A DNA stretch of 42,119 nt. It comes from a virus (Duplodnaviria > Caudoviricetes). The notes beneath the pieces were generated by a model that searched no databases, was not told the origin of the DNA, and saw only the letters and a program-made list of their open reading frames with translations. The position numbers were made by a program, and so were the translations under genes. The stretch lies in the IMG/VR virus record IMGVR_UViG_3300020234_000023, positions 1 through 42,119 of that record. One strand, written 5' to 3'. Numbering within the stretch: position 1 is the first letter of the stretch; each line of letters opens with the position of its first letter. Shown piece by piece: positions 17,601 through 25,147 of this stretch.

Positions 17601-20058
17601 AAACTTATCCCCTGAAGCGTGGGAAGTTGTTACGCGTATCCAGGAGGATTTAAAGAATGCGTTGGAAGAGCTGTACATGCTTGAGAAGACTCGGTTAAAT
17701 GCTGAGTATATTGATGCCCAAACTTTATTGAAGGGTAAGATAGTTCAGTTAGATAAGCTGTTCGATGAACTGCGGAACCGAGATTACTTTCCATTGTCTC
17801 GGTTTGGTGAGTTTGGCATAGCGATGAAGGCTACTAAGACTATAGTAATTAAAGGGAAGACTTATGCTCCAGGTGATACCGTACACTTTGAGCTGTACGA
17901 GAATAAGCGGCAGCGTAATCGGGGTGAGGGTACGCTGCGTAGGAAGTTTGGGCCTTCAGTAAAGACACACTTCATTAACCTGACTGAGCCACTGAAGCCT
18001 TTCACAGGTATGCCTATGGCGATTATGAGTTCGCTGAAGGATAACCCGAAGCTAGGTTTGGATGCTGAACAGCGGAAGGAACTGCAAGGGATGATTGATG
18101 TTATGAATCCTACGCAGGGCATAGCGAAACGTATGCTGGAACGGAAGGGCACTGAGGGATTTCATCTGGATGCAGCTCGAGGGTATGCTAACTACATGAT
18201 GCAGATGGGAGGTCACATTGCTAAGATGCGGCACGTTGGGCAGATGGATGATGCGATTGATAGTGTTCGTCGGTCAGCAAAGTACCTTGGTTCACAAGGT
18301 ATACTAAATGATAAGCGCCACGAGATTGTTAACCATTTAATACGGCATCAGGATTATATAATGCGTCCTGAGAATGAGTGGGGTAACATGAGAGCGTGGG
18401 CGTTTCACTGGTTCTTAGGCTTTAATGTTAAGTCAGCTATAGTGAACCTAACTCAGGTACCTCTGGTAGCCTATCCGTATCTAGCAGCTCGAACTGTGTT
18501 GACGGGTAAACTACCTGGAAAGAGTGATGCCATTGCCAGTGCTGCTTTGATAAAGGCAGGGGTAGACGTGGCTAATGTTTTCAAGAAGAAAGGTTTTAAG
18601 TATACTCCAGAAGTCTCAGAGATGCTAGACGTTCTGTTAGCTGAGGGTATCATTGACGAGTCCCTGGCTACGGAGATAGCTGGCCAAGCACATGGTGATC
18701 TCATTACCAAACATATGCCAGGGCAGAATCGTTTCACTGATGCTGGCCGGCAAGGGTTGACCTCATTCCTTAAGTACAGTACCGTGATGTTCCAAGCGGC
18801 TGAGAAATATAATCGGCGGGTAGTTGCTGTCGCTACGTTTAGGTTAGCGCGCGCGGCAGGTATGGATATGAATGAAAGTATTACTGAGGCACGTGAAGCC
18901 TTACGTGCTACACAGTTTGAGTATGCGCGGTGGAATCGGGCTGCTTTCATGCGGGGTAAGGCAGGGGTGTTGTTTGTTTTTATGCAATACCTGCAGAATG
19001 TCCTATACTTTGTAGCTCGAGAGCCTGGAAAGGGACGGTACGTTATGTTGCTGCTCCTAGCTGCAGGGCTGCAGGGACTTCCAGGTGCGGAAGATTTAAT
19101 GGACATCTTTGACTTCGCTAATAGGGAGTGGAAGAAGTGGACAGGGTATCCTGATCCACGGTCTGATGTACGTGAGGATTTACGTGCACTGATTATAGAA
19201 CTAGGGGCTAGCCCTGAGTTACTGATGCACGGACTCAGTGCACAATCCTTTGGCCTTAGTATACCTGCGGTGAGTGATATGCTCGGTACAAGTTTCCCTG
19301 GCCTTAGTTTTGAACCTAGTATCAGTGCCGGTCGTATCATGCCAGGACTGGAAGCCTTGCTAAGCCCGAATCGTTTATCCGGTGCGGGTGCAGTCGCTGG
19401 GGCTAAAGACGTACTAGGTGCTGCCATTACCATACCAATTAATATGTTGCGCTGGACTCGAGACACCGACCCCGATCAGATTCGTGCCCTTGAGCGCATG
19501 GCACCTTCGGTGTTGAAAGGGGGTCTTCGAGCTTACCGTATCGTGAAGGGTGTAAACCCTGAGACAGGTATCGGTACTCTGTACAGTCGGAGTGGAGATA
19601 AGTTGGTTGACTTTGATATGAACAATACTACTCATATAGGAGAGCTGATAGGTATGACCCTGGGTGCGAACCCAACGCGGGTTCAGTTTGCACAGGAGAA
19701 GAACTTTGCTGAACGTGAGGCGTTGCAGTTCTATCAGGAGATGCGATCTAACTTACAGACAGCCTTTAACTATGCTCATGATCAGCGTAGGTTTCAAGGG
19801 GATAGTAGTGGTGTCAAGCCTACAATGGATGCCATCAGGGAGTTCAATGCTGTGGCTCCTAAGGGTCAACAGCTAATGAATCCTGCTCGGGGTTATATGC
19901 AGCACGCTAAGGATAATGCGTTGCATCGTAAGAACCTGAGCTCTCGTATGTTTGACACACCTTTCATACGCGAGCAACAGAAGACATTTCCTCGGGCTAC
20001 CGAAGAACAGTCTAAGATATATCCTGGAGTTACACAATCAGAAGAGCGGATACGTTGA
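14608..20058 (+). CDS. Large internal virion protein with HExxH metallopeptidase-like and PLxRFG regions
   Basis: 1816 aa; AIHEFGHNI at about 16711-16737 and DYFPLSRFG at about 17782-17808; last gene of the late operon. Confidence 0.7.
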   Translation: MAGLADLGGPKGGIPQESGTPRQTGLAGLEALGAVALEAPEVPDLPDDPVDRVRPNISLEPVNPFDDPVPTPEPLTPTQQRHSAVVEQLKLDVDEFDSTFTLLERTENRLGIGWTRKIANDTLNELTQLRSALVDLTGRGTLEAGNQALESLKSRAPFGKPFTDAELQAEVDRDASMLQRKIEKVELDYLAASDAVFNPTMRRGNQIIDIPTHPVMAALNNAQAMGDTDLVDKIAWTFLAETMAETALPSIPQAGPAQLLVPGGLAAGGKLIFGSTSVARAGFVVGTGFVSGSVESAAAFSEYLSEHDVDVTDIDQVTRAITDPEVVAAARSFARKRGISVGVMDMLGAYLSARMLVPPQLTGKIARQITNAGAQLIQNPLTGAGGEALAQLTSGQEFNSLEVKLELLGEIPSAVSEPIIFHLADKLNKKPSDLILIKQVMEEFVKNPAMTEGEALAQMKDIATKGMTDAEAIDLVNSLPGAYIDPSILENTGHEERGSGRQASLTTIQETQIALQGFMDLDGNMVSGEAVVKEEPENGGGKVYWRVENDATPAGLAAMDEAILFKQDELSMAQVEGAATSKINRLSNELEAVKERKAKIEIATREMNELRPALHRLYQEMVSLFTPNANLLILENDLDSEATRGTGYGSNASFHSEDGRRTGVIYLSTTALLDMRKAFMKQGRGKTKRKGPRMLRSVLGVAIHEFGHNIMQHYADTLPPEVLGALKAEHRNWLAQQIKILKKDKDTGIFDILISKQNPNDFFDLSRFLRTNDFEFLRSKVPYNLSLLEWIADSMSRSSSDKKTSVLPPMMRKHMPRLQTIMERFYDRFRSGLGDNSTFDTFLIYIQARAQREARENLAAQFSKVEQQLPAGSQGEVLMAMMDAKGIDVPSELKDQLESNLDTYNKTIRYMLTILQLGKENKHISGLQNYIKAVHEHWITKSNWNDMAMQSMNAWRKLGRKQADLVGRYLLEQTVKSDDLGRSLNNDEIKALLKEKNLNLSPEAWEVVTRIQEDLKNALEELYMLEKTRLNAEYIDAQTLLKGKIVQLDKLFDELRNRDYFPLSRFGEFGIAMKATKTIVIKGKTYAPGDTVHFELYENKRQRNRGEGTLRRKFGPSVKTHFINLTEPLKPFTGMPMAIMSSLKDNPKLGLDAEQRKELQGMIDVMNPTQGIAKRMLERKGTEGFHLDAARGYANYMMQMGGHIAKMRHVGQMDDAIDSVRRSAKYLGSQGILNDKRHEIVNHLIRHQDYIMRPENEWGNMRAWAFHWFLGFNVKSAIVNLTQVPLVAYPYLAARTVLTGKLPGKSDAIASAALIKAGVDVANVFKKKGFKYTPEVSEMLDVLLAEGIIDESLATEIAGQAHGDLITKHMPGQNRFTDAGRQGLTSFLKYSTVMFQAAEKYNRRVVAVATFRLARAAGMDMNESITEAREALRATQFEYARWNRAAFMRGKAGVLFVFMQYLQNVLYFVAREPGKGRYVMLLLLAAGLQGLPGAEDLMDIFDFANREWKKWTGYPDPRSDVREDLRALIIELGASPELLMHGLSAQSFGLSIPAVSDMLGTSFPGLSFEPSISAGRIMPGLEALLSPNRLSGAGAVAGAKDVLGAAITIPINMLRWTRDTDPDQIRALERMAPSVLKGGLRAYRIVKGVNPETGIGTLYSRSGDKLVDFDMNNTTHIGELIGMTLGANPTRVQFAQEKNFAEREALQFYQEMRSNLQTAFNYAHDQRRFQGDSSGVKPTMDAIREFNAVAPKGQQLMNPARGYMQHAKDNALHRKNLSSRMFDTPFIREQQKTFPRATEEQSKIYPGVTQSEERIR

Positions 20059-20202
20059 ATGCTTGCGTCATATTTGCGATATGCGGCGCGATAATTTTGG
20101 CTGCGCTACTAGCAGAGTAACCCCTGCAAATCGTGTGGCGATGGGGGAACGGTATCCTACATTGAAGCTCGAGACTCCGCAACCCTGCCAGACATAATGC
20201 AA

Positions 20203-21408
20203 TCATTCTGGCCTGTGAGGGCCAGAAACCCAGAATACATCGTCCCCTTTCTGCATTCGTTTAACATATCCTGCAGCTAAGGCCCCATCCATAGCATCAT
20301 TATAGTCCTTCAGGGACATGATGTTGAAGGCGCGGGAGTATAGTTCTACGTTGCTGATAGAACCTTTAGCACACACGAGATAGACAAGGGATTTAATCGC
20401 GCGTTGGTTAGCGTTAACTCCAATACGGCTGAAGACCTTGGGCATGTCGAGTTCCAAGGTACTGACGAACGCGGCCGCTGCCTCAAGGTGACTTTTTTCA
20501 ATGGCAAGTTTATCTGACTGAGCAGCTGCAAGAACCATGGAGAGTTTGTGAATATGAGTCTGTTTACGGGCGATGTATCCTCCGAAACGCTCTCCCACGA
20601 GTCCTGACGGAGGATTATCATAGTGTTTTTGATACCAGTCTTCTCCAAATTTTCTAGCCTCGCCGGTAAGTTTGTATTCACCTGCAAGTATATTTGCGAT
20701 GTGACCGAGGTCTTGGATGAGTTTAAGTTGTAAATCGTCGAAGTCATTAGCTACCTCAAATTTAGGGTACGGCACTAGCTTGCGTTTCTTATCAGCGTAC
20801 ACAAAGATACATCGGGAAGTAAAGCCTCCGCCGATGAGAGCCTCTGGAAAGTTTGCAGCTATCCAGTCGGGTGTTGTGCAAGCGATTACATTTATCCAAG
20901 GGTTTTCAATTAGGTTGTCCCCCTGGGTCTTAGTTAGTTTAGACCACGTGCCTACCTGTCCATCCCATAAGGATACAAGGGCGTCAACCATTGCTCGGTC
21001 GCGTGGGTCAAGGAAGTTACCGAATTCACTGCACACACAGGTGATGGCTGACATGGTGTGATACAGTTCATCACCATCGTTCAGCTTAAACATCTCGTGT
21101 GCGTTCTGTAGTTCCTGTATCAGGGCCTGCCATGTGATAGAGTCAGGCCCAAACTTAATTCCTTCTACCTGTCTGAGTAAACTCATGCCGATGTTTACAG
21201 TGGTGGATTTAGATACGATACCAGGAGGCGCGACGAATATAATATACATATTCGTCGGCCACTGAAAGTACTTCATATCTATCCAGACTCTACGACGTAA
21301 AGCCCCTGCTATTACTGAGACGGAAGTCCAGAAGTGAAACTTCTCAGGTGCCTCAGAGTGATCGCTGTAATCTAGATATGCACTGATCCAATTGTCAAAG
21401 TTCCTCAA
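20203..21408 (-). CDS. DUF3987/YfjI-like P-loop ATPase (putative replicative helicase)
   Basis: Walker A-like VAPPGIVSKST, SEFG, LWDG, GGFTSR; winged-helix-like C-terminus; overlaps the polymerase gene. Confidence 0.7.
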   Translation of the reverse strand: MRNFDNWISAYLDYSDHSEAPEKFHFWTSVSVIAGALRRRVWIDMKYFQWPTNMYIIFVAPPGIVSKSTTVNIGMSLLRQVEGIKFGPDSITWQALIQELQNAHEMFKLNDGDELYHTMSAITCVCSEFGNFLDPRDRAMVDALVSLWDGQVGTWSKLTKTQGDNLIENPWINVIACTTPDWIAANFPEALIGGGFTSRCIFVYADKKRKLVPYPKFEVANDFDDLQLKLIQDLGHIANILAGEYKLTGEARKFGEDWYQKHYDNPPSGLVGERFGGYIARKQTHIHKLSMVLAAAQSDKLAIEKSHLEAAAAFVSTLELDMPKVFSRIGVNANQRAIKSLVYLVCAKGSISNVELYSRAFNIMSLKDYNDAMDGALAAGYVKRMQKGDDVFWVSGPHRPE

Positions 21409-22153
21409 TAAATTTCCCAGCCCAATCTGATTCTTGACAGTGACCCCATGAGAGGTCGGAGTATGAAAGACCCGCTGGTATTATCAATGGGTCATCGTAA
21501 GGTATTACTATTCTGAAGCACTGTTCCAAGGCTTCAAGCTTCCGTCGGAATGTAAGTCTCTTAACTTGGTAGACCAAGGAGTCGTGAACCTGTAGTAGTA
21601 CCTGTACCTCGGGATCACATAAGTCTTCAATGTTCTTCCATGCTCTATTAATGACCAGAGCGACCGTGGATTGTGGTATCCACGCGAGTGCTTCACCCAA
21701 GGCACGATCAATCCTGCCAAAGAAAACCTTACGATTCCCAAAGCGATTAGTAATAATTCTTGTTGTCTGTAAGTCATGTTCTATTCTCCGTTGCCAGTTG
21801 TATATGTCAGGGTGTGCTGTGAACCATTTGTCTATAAAATCCTCAGCCTCTTTGACAGTAATGCCGAGAGCTGTCGCAAGCGTTCGGGGCTTAACGTCGT
21901 AGTTCGTGGCGTGGACTCCGACCTTTGAACGCTGTCGGTAGATACCTCCTGTCTTCCCGAAGATATCTTGGGCGTTTGCATTGTGTAGGTCAGCATCTGG
22001 GTCAAGGAATATGGCCTTGAGCGCTTCGTCACCCGCGTCCCACGCAACGACCTGCGCATCGGCCTGTGCCAAGTCGCTGTCGCAAATGAAATAACCTGGG
22101 TCTGGGAGGAACATCTTCTTAACATTAGGGAGTACTATCGTCTGCGCTACCAT
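21395..22153 (-). CDS. polA: DNA polymerase family A, C-terminal (palm/fingers) half
   Basis: Motif A DSDLAQAD, motif B RQRSKVGVHATNY, motif C QVHDSL. Start reassigned to ATG 22153 (SD GGAGG). Confidence 0.9.
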   Translation of the reverse strand: MVAQTIVLPNVKKMFLPDPGYFICDSDLAQADAQVVAWDAGDEALKAIFLDPDADLHNANAQDIFGKTGGIYRQRSKVGVHATNYDVKPRTLATALGITVKEAEDFIDKWFTAHPDIYNWQRRIEHDLQTTRIITNRFGNRKVFFGRIDRALGEALAWIPQSTVALVINRAWKNIEDLCDPEVQVLLQVHDSLVYQVKRLTFRRKLEALEQCFRIVIPYDDPLIIPAGLSYSDLSWGHCQESDWAGKFIEEL

Positions 22154-22313
22154 CCGAATCCTCCGTAGTGTTAGAAGGGATGTCTCCCCAATCGACACTG
22201 CTTTGCCAAGTGTTACTACGCTCACATTTTGGACAGATTAATATTACACTACCCTTTACTTCATTATGGAATGTCCCAAGTAACTCACCGCATGTGCAAG
22301 TACAGTCAATCAT
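22125..22313 (-). CDS. Com-like zinc-ribbon protein
   Basis: CTCGELLG...ILICPKCERSN resembles the Mu Com pattern C-x-x-C-x-K-L-L...I-K-C-P-R-C-x-x-x-N. Confidence 0.55.
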   Translation of the reverse strand: MIDCTCTCGELLGTFHNEVKGSVILICPKCERSNTWQSSVDWGDIPSNTTEDSDGSADDSTP

Positions 22314-22677
22314 CTGATTCCTCTGTAGTGTTAGTAGTAGGCCAGCCAGGTAGGGAACGCAGGTGAATTTCCTTATTCATCTCCCGATACATTTCAACTG
22401 ACAGCTTCATGCCTTTGGAGATGCCGAGGTCAGTGTAGACTACAACGTAGTCACAGATCGCTCCCCATTGGAGTCCGGCAGCGATACCCATTGCCCTTTC
22501 CTCCTCAACATCATCGCGTAGGACTTCGGGCTGAGTGTAAAGTAAGTGGGAAGCCAGCGGGGCTTCCCCTTTACGTAGACAATCTGCCATGCACATGCGA
22601 GCGTATCGGACGTGCTGTTGTATGGTGAAGCCGTTACTGGCAGCGTAGGGGGACTCCAGTATGACACACCCACTCAT
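22306..22677 (-). CDS. DUF4406-like / nucleoside deoxyribosyltransferase-fold protein
   Basis: VILESPYA, EAPLASHLLY, CDYVVVYTDLGISKGM. Confidence 0.6.
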   Translation of the reverse strand: MSGCVILESPYAASNGFTIQQHVRYARMCMADCLRKGEAPLASHLLYTQPEVLRDDVEEERAMGIAAGLQWGAICDYVVVYTDLGISKGMKLSVEMYREMNKEIHLRSLPGWPTTNTTEESDD

Positions 22678-23000
22678 CGCTCTCCCTCTAGTGCAGCCTG
22701 AACTTTTTCTTCAACGATCTCTTCTAGCAGGCTGTCCAGAGTTTCTGGTTCCTTATCTGGTTCTTCGTTCGGTGCTACAACCAGGCCTCGTTCAGTCATG
22801 CAAGGCCTACACATATCCATGAAGTGATCCTTCAGTAGCCTGTTGTTCTGAGTTGTCCGTGAGTGCATACTAAATACCTGGGCGAACCGCATGTTTACGT
22901 TAGGGTTACACACCGCAACCACTCCGATTGTCCAAAGCTCTTCGTTATCTTTAACGTGAAGTCCACAGTGATCGCAGACACGTAGGGTTTTAATGCTCAT
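22674..23000 (-). CDS. Zinc-finger hypothetical protein
   Basis: CDHCG and DMCRPC pairs; ATGA coupling. Confidence 0.55.
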   Translation of the reverse strand: MSIKTLRVCDHCGLHVKDNEELWTIGVVAVCNPNVNMRFAQVFSMHSRTTQNNRLLKDHFMDMCRPCMTERGLVVAPNEEPDKEPETLDSLLEEIVEEKVQAALEGER

Positions 23001-23332
23001 ACTAATTCCTCCAGTCGTTGTATTAATCTGTCAAGGTCACCTACGGACTCACCATAAGATGTAACCATATCTTGGATCGCTCCAAGTACACTATCCTGAT
23101 TGCCGAGGTGTACTTTATCCTGGGTGTCCTTTTCAGGTACTACACCGCCAAGGCGGTTGGTAATATCTTGTAACTTCCTTATGCAACCTGATAATACTTC
23201 ATGTTGGTTTTCCATAGGCTTTAACGCCATACGAATCTCTGCAGGCTTACGTCCGAGGGCGTTCTCTTGCCCCGCGCTACCTCCTAGTGTAGCACCCTGT
23301 GCTTGGGCACCACCGAGTTGATCTTGTAACAT
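22997..23332 (-). CDS. Hypothetical coiled-coil protein
   Basis: 111 aa, TAATG-coupled to the polymerase N-half stop codon. Confidence 0.55.
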   Translation of the reverse strand: MLQDQLGGAQAQGATLGGSAGQENALGRKPAEIRMALKPMENQHEVLSGCIRKLQDITNRLGGVVPEKDTQDKVHLGNQDSVLGAIQDMVTSYGESVGDLDRLIQRLEELV

Positions 23333-25044
23333 TAGTCTTTCTCCGTCCCCTTGGGGATAGTTTGTAGGTTAGCTCCTTGCCCGAAGGCATCCTTGGAGGA
23401 TGAAAGCCGGAACGTCTCTGTCCCTGCTAAGTTATACGAGCACCGAATGCGATTGTCATTGCCAAGTGGTGCTTCGATAAAGTTCTTACGGAAGATGTTA
23501 ACGCTCCGCAGTTCAAGTATAGTTCTGACGATGGGTATGATGACAGGCTCCTTGTCCGCCAGCTTATTGAGAGCTTCCTCATCCGTGGAGGGTTGGCGTG
23601 TCTTCCTGTTGAACTGTTTGGATAGGCCGAGGAAGTCATAGAAGAATGATAGGCATTGCTGAGGGGAGTTGAACCAGAACGTGGTGGCCTTTGAACCTTC
23701 TGGCTTGTAGTCCCCTGTCATTTGAAGTAGTCTGCTCTCCAGCTGAGTGGCGACATCGTATAGTTCTAGTCCTAGCTGCTTGCGTAGTGTTAGATCAACA
23801 CGTACACCTCGGAGCATGGCACGGAAGACGGGAGTGTACATGTCCATCTGGAACCGGTACTGATCTTGTTGATCCGCCTCGGCTATCAGTGCCTCTATCT
23901 TTTCAGCTATCTCGTAGGTGTACACTGTATCCTTACAGTTGTACTCCCAATACTGTATTTGATCCGCAGGATACCTGTTGTAATCTTTCAGTTCATCCTT
24001 CCAATATGTATAGTGATCGCAAAAGAGGGAACTGATAAAGTCCAAGGCCTTACGTTCACCAGGAAATACCGTATGCCATGCGAGCATCGTGTCCATGTCA
24101 ACGTGAGGCGTGTACCCCCAACTCTTAGCGATGTGCTGCATATCGTAAAGGTAATTTTGACCGACAACTCTGGCGTTGGAATGTGTAAGTATTCTTTGCT
24201 GAAGCCAAAGGATATGAGCCTCTTGTTCGACCGTCCAGTAATTATGGTTGCCACCGGCACCCTCCTCTCTAGTCATGAATGGAATGCAGATAGCCTTGGT
24301 GCGTGACCAAGCAATACCACTGCAGCTGATGTGTCGGTTGATAGTCTCCAGGTCGTGCGAGATTAGCATAGACCCTCGATGTAGTTGCACTAACAGCTCT
24401 CCAAGCACTGCTATCGTAGTGTTATAGTCAGGCTCAACTATGAAGTCCCAGCCAGGGTCACGGTACGTCGAGCTGTTACGTTCGTCGTTCACCCTCCGGA
24501 GATCATACATGGCGATGTGTCGCCAGTCCCATACCTTTAGTATTCGAGACGGTGCGTAAGTGGGGATGACTTTAATCTTTTGTCCGTTAATCTCTGTATA
24601 CATACAGGAGCCGCGCCACTTTTGGACGGACTTCTCTCCTGTTAGAATAAATAAAGCAAGATCACCAAGAGCAACAATAAGATTGCAACCACTAGCCTTA
24701 ATAGATTCTTTAACATAGTCTACGTGCTCCTGATAGTCTGGTTTAATAAAGGGATGCTTCTTAGTCCAGTCAGTTACATACTTCTTTGGTCTGAAGTCTG
24801 TGTGTTTATCTATACTGAATACCATGTCATGATAGCAGTCCTTGAATTCAAAGCCAGCTTCACGACACATCTTCTTTAGTTCCTGACCGGAACCCCCACT
24901 AAAATGGTACCCTCTACGCCAATCATTTATCTCAGCGAATTCACCGAGAAGGAATATACCATTAGGATTTTTTGGTCTGAATGTATCAGTTACCCTTTTC
25001 AATAAGTTGGTCTCCGGATTTTGTAAGGCCATTTCAAAATACAA
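23332..25044 (-). CDS. polA: DNA polymerase family A, N-terminal half: UDG-like domain + 3'-5' exonuclease + thumb
   Basis: UDG family 4-like (LLGE, F.GGSG, IVALG, WRGS, IPTYAPS); ExoI HDLET, ExoII GQNYLYD, ExoIII YNCKD; ends TFRLSSS...NLQTIP. Exact start uncertain. Confidence 0.88.
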   Translation of the reverse strand: MYFEMALQNPETNLLKRVTDTFRPKNPNGIFLLGEFAEINDWRRGYHFSGGSGQELKKMCREAGFEFKDCYHDMVFSIDKHTDFRPKKYVTDWTKKHPFIKPDYQEHVDYVKESIKASGCNLIVALGDLALFILTGEKSVQKWRGSCMYTEINGQKIKVIPTYAPSRILKVWDWRHIAMYDLRRVNDERNSSTYRDPGWDFIVEPDYNTTIAVLGELLVQLHRGSMLISHDLETINRHISCSGIAWSRTKAICIPFMTREEGAGGNHNYWTVEQEAHILWLQQRILTHSNARVVGQNYLYDMQHIAKSWGYTPHVDMDTMLAWHTVFPGERKALDFISSLFCDHYTYWKDELKDYNRYPADQIQYWEYNCKDTVYTYEIAEKIEALIAEADQQDQYRFQMDMYTPVFRAMLRGVRVDLTLRKQLGLELYDVATQLESRLLQMTGDYKPEGSKATTFWFNSPQQCLSFFYDFLGLSKQFNRKTRQPSTDEEALNKLADKEPVIIPIVRTILELRSVNIFRKNFIEAPLGNDNRIRCSYNLAGTETFRLSSSKDAFGQGANLQTIPKGTEKD

Positions 25045-25048
25045 TCAT

Positions 25049-25147
25049 TCATACACAACCTGTATTAACCCAATTAAGGATTTTATCCATTAGCCAGAAA
25101 ATAATTACCCAGATTACAAATACCATAGCCCATACTTTTTTATTCAT
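25049..25147 (-). CDS. 32-aa single-pass membrane peptide (not in ORF track)
   Basis: MNKKVWAMVFVIWVIIFWLMDKILNWVNTGCV*; ATGA overlap with the methyltransferase stop. Confidence 0.6.
   Translation of the reverse strand: MNKKVWAMVFVIWVIIFWLMDKILNWVNTGCV

Noticed and set aside
18471-19466. 331-aa antisense ORF and other long shadow ORFs
   Set aside because: They lie opposite well-supported genes and show no motifs; typical codon-bias shadows.
20059-20206. Small ORFs or a terminator in the convergence gap
   Set aside because: Short frames exist on both strands but none has convincing features, and no clear hairpin plus U tract was found.
22154-23331. Group I intron or split intein interrupting the polymerase
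   Set aside because: No intein terminal residues or homing endonuclease motifs; the interval is fully occupied by four coupled ORFs.
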